Both the position numbers and the translations under genes were made by a program. This document shows, in pieces, positions 7,023-14,089 of a stretch of DNA of 64,000 nucleotides. How positions within the stretch are numbered: position 1 is the stretch's first letter; each line of letters opens with the position of its first letter. Below the pieces are notes generated by a model. It saw nothing but the letters and a program-made list of their open reading frames with translations. It did no database searches and was not told the DNA's origin. Source of the DNA: a virus; the IMG/VR virus record IMGVR_UViG_3300002143_000172, positions 32,001 to 96,000 of that record; one strand, written 5' to 3'.

Positions 7023-7094
7023 ATATGTAAACACACTCAGAGGAGGCGTTCTCCGGCGCCGGAGTACCAAGCTGATCGTAAATGTGTTTGCATA

Positions 7095-7168
7095 TGGTAG
7101 GACCACCCGGACTCGAACCGGGATAGATCGGTTAAAAGCCGACTATTCTACCTTTGAATTATGATCCC
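7095..7168 (-). tRNA. tRNA-Lys(TTT)
   Basis: Loop CTTTTAA. Confidence 0.9.
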
Positions 7169-7172
7169 GTAT

Positions 7173-7247
7173 TGGTCCATGCTCTGAGAATCGAACTCAG
7201 TTCCTCCGGTTAAGAGCCGGTTACTTCGCCACTAAAGTTTAGCATGG
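7173..7247 (-). tRNA. tRNA-Lys(CTT)
   Basis: Loop CTCTTAA. Confidence 0.88.
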
Positions 7248-7329
7248 GTTGTGTATTAAATTGATTTAATGTGCCAACCCTAGACCAATACGGGATCTAG
7301 AGCGACACTATCGTTTACCTCGTTTCATG

Positions 7330-7458
7330 TCAATCTCCTTTTTTGATATTACGATTTTGTGCTTGGCGTTCTGATTTCCAGAACACTCGTTTCCAATCTT
7401 TCAAATGCTTCCACCATTGTGGAGGCGCTGTCAAGTTACCCTTTTTGACATTTGCCAT
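7330..7458 (-). CDS. 42-aa basic Trp-rich small protein (MANVKKGNLTAPPQWWKHLKDWKRVFWKSERQ...)
   Basis: AAGGA SD, clean ORF below track cutoff. Confidence 0.65.
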   Translation of the reverse strand: MANVKKGNLTAPPQWWKHLKDWKRVFWKSERQAQNRNIKKGD

Positions 7459-7485
7459 ACTGGTTCCTTTTTTAATTTAAAACTA

Positions 7486-8130
7486 TTATTTGCTGTGCAG
7501 TAAATTTACAAACTCTAACAATAGAGCATGATGTCTGCGATTATGCCAATGCTCCGGCATCCATGTATAACTGTCATACCAAAATTTTTCACTTTCTAAA
7601 TGACAGCCCATTAAACCTAAATTTCCCTGTATTATTGCCATAGGGTCTCCGTTGGCATAGGTAGCAACGGTAGTAAACTTTGTTTGATCTCCAATGAAAC
7701 AACATCCGTCATTGTAGAACATCTTGTCCGACTGTCCATTCCAGGTAACTGATATTGCTTTAGTATGTGGTCTATGAGTATCTGCGGTAGGTTGCTTGTA
7801 ATACTGTACAGCGTCTACATCCTCAAGCAGATCAAAGTAATAATGATTGGCCCAATATGCGCCCATACATATTCCTAGATACTTGCCCCCACTATTAACA
7901 AACTCTTTAATAAGATCGGCGTTATTTTTTAGCAGATAATCGTAGCTATCGGAATTTCCAAAACCACCGGGAAATGCAACTATATCAACATCATTGAAAA
8001 AATCTTCTTCTAGCTCGTGCTTGGTAAAGATTTTAAAATCATAATGGCTTTTAAGTGCTTGCATGATACCATTGCCCGACTGTACAGAACACATCGGTTG
8101 ATGTATGAACAGTGCAATCTTAGGTTTCAT
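7486..8130 (-). CDS. BPL_N / class I glutamine amidotransferase-like protein
   Basis: FPGG, GGKYLGICMGAY, HLE; start MKPKIAL after TAAATA. Confidence 0.8.
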   Translation of the reverse strand: MKPKIALFIHQPMCSVQSGNGIMQALKSHYDFKIFTKHELEEDFFNDVDIVAFPGGFGNSDSYDYLLKNNADLIKEFVNSGGKYLGICMGAYWANHYYFDLLEDVDAVQYYKQPTADTHRPHTKAISVTWNGQSDKMFYNDGCCFIGDQTKFTTVATYANGDPMAIIQGNLGLMGCHLESEKFWYDSYTWMPEHWHNRRHHALLLEFVNLLHSK

Positions 8131-8143
8131 AACTTTATTTATA

Positions 8144-8219
8144 TGGCACCCCCGGAGAGAATCGAACTCCCATTCCTGCGTTCGTAGCACAGTGTATGAA
8201 TCCATTATACGACAGGGGT
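8144..8219 (-). tRNA. tRNA-Arg(ACG)
   Basis: Loop CTACGAA. Confidence 0.9.
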
Positions 8220-8231
8220 ATAAATAATTTT

Positions 8232-9437
8232 ATGAAAAACTGGGAAAATGTTAAAAAACTGCACATAGAAATAAGTTCTCAATGTAACGCTGTATGTCCT
8301 ATGTGTACTCGGTATCCAACCGCTAGTTACTTTGAGCACCCGCATATACAGAAAGACTGGATGTGGACTGTAGACACAGTAAAACAACGACTACCTAAAG
8401 AAGATTTAATAGGTATAACTTCATACCTTATCAATGGCACCTTTGGAGATTTTATTATGAACTCCGAAGCAATAGAAATAATACAGTATCTAAATGAATG
8501 TTCACCCGATGCTAGTCTTTATATCAATACCAACGGTTCTGCTAGAAACGCAAGTTGGTGGAAAGAACTTGCAAAGATTCCTAATGTAGTAGTAAATTTT
8601 GCAATCGACGGATTAGAAGATACTCATTCACTTTACAGGAGAAACACTAGCTGGTCTAAGATTATTGACAATGCTAAAACATTTATAAATTCGGGCGGTC
8701 ATGCAGAATGGACAATGATTATATTTGAGCATAATAAGCATCAAGTTGATGCTTGCTTTAATCTCAGCACAACTATTGGATTTAAATCATTTACCAGCCG
8801 AAATAGCGACCGAATCAATACTGATGTTCTTGATAAAAATGGCCTTAGTAAATACGGAATAAAATCTGCCGATCCTACCATTACCAGTTATCGATCCTAC
8901 CATCAATTACAGTGGAAAGAAACTATATTAAAGAAAGGTCAGTTTTACGCAAAGCAAACATACCAAACCGGCGCATTGCCTAGTATAGACTCATGCTCGA
9001 GTATTTCGGAAAGTTCGGTATACATAGGATCAAATTGGTCCGTAATGCCGTGTTGTTTCTTAGGAAACATTACGATGGGTAGGCAGACTGATCATAGGTG
9101 GGCAAATTTCTTAGATGCACTCACTAACGCAGGATTTTCCTTAACCGACTTTGATGCAACAAGTACCAAAACAGTTCGTCAAGTATTTGAGCAAGGGTTT
9201 GACTGGGTATACAATCGCATATTAACCGACAATGCGTTAGTTGCTTGTTCAACAAATTGTCATCCTGTGGACAGTGCATTTCAGAGAAGTATGGCAAGTC
9301 GTCAACATGAAACCCTTAAAAATATGGTGCCGCCCCCAGGGATCGAACCTGGTTCCTCGGTGCTTCAAACCGGTGCTATGACCACATCAGCTAAAGCGGC
9401 ATTGGTACCAGCGGAGGGTATCGAACCCTCTCACTGA
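8232..9437 (+). CDS. Radical SAM protein (SPASM-like C-terminus)
   Basis: CNAVCPMC, NTNG, IDG, MPCC; tail runs antisense through tRNA-Phe. Confidence 0.85.
   Translation: MKNWENVKKLHIEISSQCNAVCPMCTRYPTASYFEHPHIQKDWMWTVDTVKQRLPKEDLIGITSYLINGTFGDFIMNSEAIEIIQYLNECSPDASLYINTNGSARNASWWKELAKIPNVVVNFAIDGLEDTHSLYRRNTSWSKIIDNAKTFINSGGHAEWTMIIFEHNKHQVDACFNLSTTIGFKSFTSRNSDRINTDVLDKNGLSKYGIKSADPTITSYRSYHQLQWKETILKKGQFYAKQTYQTGALPSIDSCSSISESSVYIGSNWSVMPCCFLGNITMGRQTDHRWANFLDALTNAGFSLTDFDATSTKTVRQVFEQGFDWVYNRILTDNALVACSTNCHPVDSAFQRSMASRQHETLKNMVPPPGIEPGSSVLQTGAMTTSAKAALVPAEGIEPSH
9325..9400 (-). tRNA. tRNA-Phe(GAA)
   Basis: Loop TTGAAGC. Confidence 0.88.
9403..9434 (-). pseudogene. Isolated tRNA 3' half
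   Basis: T arm plus GCTGGTACCA, no 5' half. Confidence 0.65.
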
Positions 9438-9447
9438 TGTTATCTAT

Positions 9448-9524
9448 TGGTACCTCCGGCGGGAGTCGAACCCCCAACCACCTGCTTCTAAGGCAAGCCG
9501 CACTACCAATTAGCGTACGAAGGC
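9448..9524 (-). tRNA. tRNA-Leu(TAG), short variable region
   Basis: Loop CTTAGAA, 77 nt. Confidence 0.8.
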
Positions 9525-9529
9525 ATATA

Positions 9530-9606
9530 TGGTACCCCGTGTCTGATTCGAACAGACATCCAACTCCTTTTGAGAGAATTCGCACTACCAATTAGCGTAA
9601 CGGGGC
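9530..9606 (-). tRNA. tRNA-Leu(CAA), short variable region
   Basis: Loop CTCAAAA, 77 nt. Confidence 0.8.
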
Positions 9607-9616
9607 ATAAAAACTT

Positions 9617-9692
9617 TGGGGTGCTCTATGAGGATCGAACTCATACTACCGGGGTCACAGACCAGTGTGCAGGCCACTACACTAAGAACACC
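9617..9692 (-). tRNA. tRNA-His(GTG)
   Basis: G-1, C73, loop CTGTGAC. Confidence 0.9.
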
Positions 9693-9698
9693 ATTGTT

Positions 9699-9775
9699 TG
9701 GAGCACAGGGTGGGACTCGAACCCACGACTTTACGGATTTGCAATCCGCTACATTGGCCGCTCTGTCACCTGTGC
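9699..9775 (-). tRNA. tRNA-Cys(GCA)
   Basis: Loop TTGCAAA, U73. Confidence 0.9.
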
Positions 9776-9782
9776 ATATAAT

Positions 9783-9856
9783 TGGAGCGGGTAGCGAGAA
9801 TCGAACTCGCGATTAAACTTCGGCAAAGTTTTAGGTTACCATTACATCATACCCGC
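9783..9856 (-). tRNA. tRNA-Gly(GCC)
   Basis: Loop TTGCCGA, U73. Confidence 0.9.
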
Positions 9857-9864
9857 ATTGTTTG

Positions 9865-10464
9865 TTAGCCAAATAATATTTTTTTGGCATCTTTAAAATA
9901 TGTATTACTTTGAATATTTTCCATTATTCTTAGAGTTAATACAACTCTAAGTGAGTTTGATCGACTATTGTCAAAATCATGAAAAATATCTGTGTTAAAC
10001 AATATACATTCATTTGATTTTGCGACCATACTTTTTATCGGTGTATGTTTTGTTTTATCGAAACCAGCACATTCTCTTGAAGTTTTTTTCTGCAAATTGT
10101 CTATTAGATACTCTTTTAAATCTTCATCACTATACCAATTAGTAACACACGCTTCGTCTAAAATTTGAACGGTATAGTTGATACTAAATCGATCAGACAT
10201 TCCGTCCTTGTGTGCCCTGTAATATCCACCGGGCTTTGTCATAAACAAACTAACACGATGTGGCCTTAATGGCATTTGCTTTGCCATTGGTAGTAATGAA
10301 AGAAGATGATTCGCTTGATCTTTTGGAAAAGGGTAATGAATAAAAGTCTCATTATCCTCGATTGAAGGCATATTCTTTTTACAATAGTCAACGATCTTAT
10401 CTAGCCCGTCGTGGGTAAATCTAATATAGTACGGACTGCAATCTTCGATTATTGTATAGGTCAT
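9865..10464 (-). CDS. 2OG-Fe(II) oxygenase-like protein
   Basis: AHKD...FNTDIFH...R pattern. Confidence 0.6.
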   Translation of the reverse strand: MTYTIIEDCSPYYIRFTHDGLDKIVDYCKKNMPSIEDNETFIHYPFPKDQANHLLSLLPMAKQMPLRPHRVSLFMTKPGGYYRAHKDGMSDRFSINYTVQILDEACVTNWYSDEDLKEYLIDNLQKKTSRECAGFDKTKHTPIKSMVAKSNECILFNTDIFHDFDNSRSNSLRVVLTLRIMENIQSNTYFKDAKKILFG

Positions 10465-10487
10465 ATAACTATTTACAATCTAAAATT

Positions 10488-10579
10488 TGGCGGAAGACGG
10501 AGGAGTCGAACCCCATCCCATTTCTGAGAACCCAGTTTTCAAGGCTGGTCGGCGCACCAACGCACCTGCATCATCTTCC
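10488..10579 (-). tRNA. tRNA-Ser(TGA), 8/4 allo-tRNA/selC-like fold
   Basis: 8-bp acceptor, 6-bp D stem with 4-nt loop, 4-bp T stem, G73, long variable arm. Confidence 0.8.
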
Positions 10580-10585
10580 ATAACT

Positions 10586-10659
10586 TGGTCCTCTCGTATG
10601 GAATCGAACCATCATCTACCGGTTATCAGCCGATTGCTCTACCATTGAGCTACAAGAGG
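10586..10659 (-). tRNA. tRNA-Ile(GAT)
   Basis: Loop CTGATAA. Confidence 0.9.
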
Positions 10660-10668
10660 AAATAAAAC

Positions 10669-10726
10669 AGGATGCATTTTTGGCTTTTTTTCAAGAAAAG
10701 ATTTTTAAATTTGCTGGAAGCATCCT
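10669..10726 (-). ncRNA. Small structured RNA with anticodon-arm mimic, copy 2
   Basis: AGGATGC/GCATCCT stem, CAGCAA motif, CTTTT-CTTGAAA-AAAAG. Confidence 0.55.
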
Positions 10727-10732
10727 AAAACT

Positions 10733-10807
10733 TGGCGGTCTGTGGGGGAATCGAACCCCCGTAAGTGGATAGACAATCCACAGTAATAACCTCTATACGA
10801 ACAGACC
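10733..10807 (-). tRNA. tRNA-Asp(GTC)
   Basis: Loop TTGTCTA, G73. Confidence 0.88.
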
Positions 10808-10812
10808 TAAAC

Positions 10813-10887
10813 TGGTACTGCGTACGGGAATCGAACCCGTCTCTTTGGCTTGAAGGGCCAAGGACCTACCCAGAAGTCCAACGCAGT
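10813..10887 (-). tRNA. tRNA-Glu(TTC), C33 variant
   Basis: Stem TTGGC/GCCAA, loop CCTTCAA. Confidence 0.8.
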
Positions 10888-10894
10888 GTAAAAT

Positions 10895-10970
10895 TGGTCT
10901 CGCATGAAGGACTCGAACCTTCGAAATCCTGGCCCCAAACCAGGTGGCATAGCCGCTAACCGAATGCGAG
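10895..10970 (-). tRNA. tRNA-Pro(TGG), second divergent copy
   Basis: Loop TTTGGGG. Confidence 0.88.
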
Positions 10971-10977
10971 ATAAACT

Positions 10978-11052
10978 TGGCGTACCGGGAGGGATTTGAA
11001 CCCCCACTAGCAGTTTTGGAGACTGTCGTGCTGCCGTTAACACTACCGATAC
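10978..11052 (-). tRNA. tRNA-Trp(CCA)
   Basis: Loop CTCCAAA, G73. Confidence 0.9.
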
Positions 11053-11098
11053 ATAACTTGGTGGACTCAACAAGCTCATGCTTGCATTTGTCCTTAAT

Positions 11099-11173
11099 TG
11101 GTGGAGGCCGAGGGAATCGAACCCTTCTAGTCACGATGCTTGCAAGGCAACGCCGTAGCCCATTACTGCCCCC
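11099..11173 (-). tRNA. tRNA-Ala(TGC), reduced D arm
   Basis: G3:U70, loop CTTGCAA, short D region. Confidence 0.75.
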
Positions 11174-11178
11174 AATTG

Positions 11179-11721
11179 TTAGACGACAAGTAATTCTTGC
11201 CATCTTATAACTTTTGATTCATCATAAACATCACGCTTACCTTTTCTTGCGTTTTCGCTTGCCGGTAAGTACTGTAAATTGTCTTGATGATGTAGTCCTC
11301 CGTTTGCTAACGGAATCCTATGATCAACTTGATATCCTTCCGGAACAAATTGATAAATTTTTCTGATTAAATCTAAATCAGCATTGTCAGGTATAGCATT
11401 TCTTTTCCGTGCTCTGTAAGCATAGACATTTGCTTTATTACCTGCTCTTTTATGTTCTTCAGTCACTCTGCCTCTATGGTCCCAGTAAGCATTTCTAGCT
11501 TCTGAAATTTTAGCAGAATGTTCTTGTGTCCTAGGAGGAAGTTTTACACCCTTTCTGTTCGGCATTTTAGACTTACCAGAAACAATAGCTTTCTTAACAC
11601 CGTTAGCAATTTTTTCTTTAGTATCTGCTGTTCTAATTCTACTGTTAGCACATGCTCTTGAGCAAAATTTTCCAGATCCAAAAGATCCATTGTGTGTAGT
11701 GTTACATTTCAGACATTTCAT
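11179..11721 (-). CDS. HNH homing endonuclease
   Basis: KFCSRACAN, NUMOD-like basic region, VDHRIPL..GGLH...NLQYL..SEN..K. Confidence 0.88.
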   Translation of the reverse strand: MKCLKCNTTHNGSFGSGKFCSRACANSRIRTADTKEKIANGVKKAIVSGKSKMPNRKGVKLPPRTQEHSAKISEARNAYWDHRGRVTEEHKRAGNKANVYAYRARKRNAIPDNADLDLIRKIYQFVPEGYQVDHRIPLANGGLHHQDNLQYLPASENARKGKRDVYDESKVIRWQELLVV

Positions 11722-11776
11722 ATTAGTTCTCCTAATTGTATTTATACAATCGTACTCAGCTAATACAAATTACATT

Positions 11777-11852
11777 TGGCTCCCCAGGTATGGATCGAAC
11801 ATACGACATCTTCGTTAACAGCGAAGCGCAACTACCTCTGTGCTACTGGGGA
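11777..11852 (-). tRNA. tRNA-Asn(GTT)
   Basis: Loop CTGTTAA, G73. Confidence 0.9.
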
Positions 11853-11886
11853 ATAAATTAGTGAAGGATTTCACGGAATAGAAAAT

Positions 11887-11974
11887 TGGTGAAGAATGAT
11901 GGAATCGAACCACTTGCCGCCACCCCGCTTAACAATGGCCACCGGGTTACAGCCGGCGACGGGGAACATCCTCC
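11887..11974 (-). tRNA. Tyr(GTA) tRNA-like RNA lacking a D arm
   Basis: Acceptor, anticodon arm with loop CTGTAAC, T arm, ACCA; D arm replaced by TTCCCCGT. Confidence 0.65.
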
Positions 11975-12237
11975 AAAACACACTCTAGCAGTTTATCTTT
12001 CTGCCTCTTTGTACTATGTACTCGGAACGAATGTGTGTATTAAAACAAACTGACTAGCTACGCTCCGACACTAACTTCACAGGTTAGCCGTGTGCCAATT
12101 TGCTTTAATACGAACTAATTTTTAGTCCCACAAGAGGGATTCCATCCTAGTCGCCGCCCGTTTAAGACTTGTTTTAAGTGCGTCTTCAGGACCTCGTTTC
12201 CTGGGCATTGCTGCTCTTACTTTCACACTTTGCGATT

Positions 12238-12390
12238 CTAACGACCTCCGCAGAGTATCTCTCGCTTTCTCATAGTTTCATAACTTTCTACAGCTCTTGT
12301 TAACTTGTTCTGAATAAGTTGTTTAACCTGTTCAGGAGTTAGCGTATGCTGTCGAAGCCAATCTACTTCTTTAATCTTTTTCTCTATCAT
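12238..12390 (-). CDS. 50-aa hypothetical protein (MIEKKIKEVDWLRQHTLTPEQVKQLI...)
   Basis: AGGAG SD, clean ORF. Confidence 0.55.
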   Translation of the reverse strand: MIEKKIKEVDWLRQHTLTPEQVKQLIQNKLTRAVESYETMRKREILCGGR

Positions 12391-12763
12391 TTCTCTCCTG
12401 CTCTACAAATTGTTCAAATCTTGTTGCTAGGTCATCATTTGCAGGATCTGTTGGTATGTTGTATGCGTGTATTCTGCGATGGCAGTTAGCACACACTACA
12501 ACACACTTTCTTAGTTCCCTTAAAACAGAACTTATACTTTTTGTTATTTGTCTAATAACCCCTACCTCTTTCTGGCTAGGATCACTATGATGGAAATCTA
12601 AACAAGCAGAGTCGGTCTCGCCGCATCTACTACATTTTAGTGTTCCTTTCCATTCCTGGAAAACATCAAGTAATTCTTTGTATCTGTTTTTTTGATACTC
12701 TAACAACCTTTCTTTGTTCTTTTCGTAAAACTCTTTTCTCTTCTGTTTGTGTTCTTGTTCCAT
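12371..12763 (-). CDS. HNH endonuclease
   Basis: CSRCG...LDFHH.DP..K...KCVVVCANCHR; AGGAG SD and TATAAATA late promoter. Confidence 0.88.
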   Translation of the reverse strand: MEQEHKQKRKEFYEKNKERLLEYQKNRYKELLDVFQEWKGTLKCSRCGETDSACLDFHHSDPSQKEVGVIRQITKSISSVLRELRKCVVVCANCHRRIHAYNIPTDPANDDLATRFEQFVEQERNDREKD

Positions 12764-12829
12764 AAAGTATCTCCTGATACTGTATTTATACAAAAACACA
12801 TTGTTTTTTGTAATATTTTTAAGGACTAC

Positions 12830-12866
12830 AAAAAACGAAACCCCAGGGTTTTTAATCCTGGGGTCC
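12830..12866 (-). terminator. Intrinsic terminator of the attenuator
   Basis: GACCCCAGG-ATTAAAAAC-CCTGGGGTT-TCGTTTTTT. Confidence 0.85.
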
Positions 12867-12890
12867 TTGAAGTTGTTGTGTATTTTTGTG

Positions 12891-13022
12891 TTACACTACA
12901 CGCTCCCGGGACCCCTGGCAAATCTCTGGTGTACGATCATTACTTGATAGTAACCAAGAGGTGGGCATAAAGCCTGCCTGTTTGGCATCTAATCTATAAT
13001 AATGTATCGAACAGTTTTTCAT
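12891..13022 (-). CDS. Putative attenuator leader peptide MKNCSIHYYRLDAKQAGFMPTSWLLSSNDRTPEICQGSRERVV
   Basis: 43 codons, all 20 amino acids, 35 distinct codons; 3' part complementary to the terminator 5' arm. Confidence 0.75.
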   Translation of the reverse strand: MKNCSIHYYRLDAKQAGFMPTSWLLSSNDRTPEICQGSRERVV

Positions 13023-13080
13023 TTGCTTTCTCTTTATTTCCTAAAAATTTACAAACAGCATTATTGCTGCCTATGTGTTA

Positions 13081-13109
13081 ATTATACAGTTATTTAGCAT
13101 CGCTGTCAA
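13081..13109 (-). promoter_or_regulatory. sigma70 promoter (proximal) of the tRNA array, with embedded TAAATA
   Basis: TTGACA-GCGATGCTAAATAACTG-TATAAT. Confidence 0.88.
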
Positions 13110-13170
13110 CCTCTTTTTATATTTTTGACAAAAAAGATTTTTAACAACTCTTCTTCCTAACCATGTGTCT

Positions 13171-13199
13171 ATTGTATATTTATTTAGCATCGCTGTCAA
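13171..13199 (-). promoter_or_regulatory. sigma70 promoter (distal), tandem duplicate
   Basis: TTGACA-17-TACAAT; shares GTTGACAGCGATGCTAAATAA with the proximal promoter. Confidence 0.85.
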
Positions 13200-13234
13200 C
13201 CCCTATATTTGTGGCAAAAATGCCACACTGCGAA

Positions 13235-13999
13235 TTATGCTAATTCATCTTTGATTGGCAAGGACACATGTCGTTGATGTCCGGTTGTGTTTACATAACC
13301 ATCTTGTTTATCGTTTGGACCAGCTAACATGAATGTGTGAAATCCATCCATGATGTAATGTCTGCAAAGATTTCTTTCAACCTGTGCTCCGTCTAATTTA
13401 TTAGCCCAGGGGGCAACATGATCTATGATTGCCTCATATCCTCCGTAGCGTAACCAGTCTTCCATCCTGTGTACACTGGGCTGGAATGTAAATCCGAGGC
13501 CCCATTCTCCATGCATACAGTTGTTAACATTCCAAAATGTAGTATCGTCTAGAGTAAACTGCCTGTGGTATGGAGGAAGTATCCTTGAATGATTTGTTAA
13601 GTTGTTGGGATCCTGGCTTGCAGGTTCCCAAGTAGGGTCGTACTCAGTAAGCCAAACATTTATACAGCAATCATCTGCTTCGAGTATCTTAATGCTAGGT
13701 TCAATAAAACTGTCACGAATAAAAACAAAGTCATCTTCACAATGGAAAACATAGGGAGTGCCGATCAATGGATAATATGTATCGATATTTTTCAATTGCC
13801 CCTGTCTACCTACGGTGTTGATTAAGTCTAATTTTGTAAATGGCAAAATCTCACGAACCCATTCTAGATCCATATCACTATCTTCAACAATGATTCCGTG
13901 TTCAATCGGATAGGTGTTATGTTTGACAAAAGTTTCCAAACACACCTTTAGTAGATCGTGCCGTTTACAGCTGGTTAAAAAGAAGGTTACATTACTCAT
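13235..13999 (-). CDS. GT2-like glycosyltransferase
   Basis: TSCKRHDLL, IVEDS, FHCEDDF. Confidence 0.75.
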   Translation of the reverse strand: MSNVTFFLTSCKRHDLLKVCLETFVKHNTYPIEHGIIVEDSDMDLEWVREILPFTKLDLINTVGRQGQLKNIDTYYPLIGTPYVFHCEDDFVFIRDSFIEPSIKILEADDCCINVWLTEYDPTWEPASQDPNNLTNHSRILPPYHRQFTLDDTTFWNVNNCMHGEWGLGFTFQPSVHRMEDWLRYGGYEAIIDHVAPWANKLDGAQVERNLCRHYIMDGFHTFMLAGPNDKQDGYVNTTGHQRHVSLPIKDELA

Positions 14000-14089
14000 G
14001 CGTCTATTTAAACACACTTCACTGGTCTTGTCAAATAATTTGACAACAAGTTAAGTATGTGCTTAAATATACGATTATGAGGACACCAC

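Noticed and set aside
10813-10887. Loop CCTTCAA read as a UCA suppressor
   Set aside because: The 5-bp stem fixes a 7-nt loop centred on TTC; best read as Glu with C33
759-11210. ORF-track entries such as 759..977, 1455..1790, 4302..4571, 6593..7164, 9391..9816 and 10765..11210
   Set aside because: They are chance frames across tRNA genes or the intron, on either strand, with no protein motifs
12747-12970. Plus-strand ORFs over the attenuator
   Set aside because: Antisense to the promoters, terminator U-tract and array; no SD or motifs
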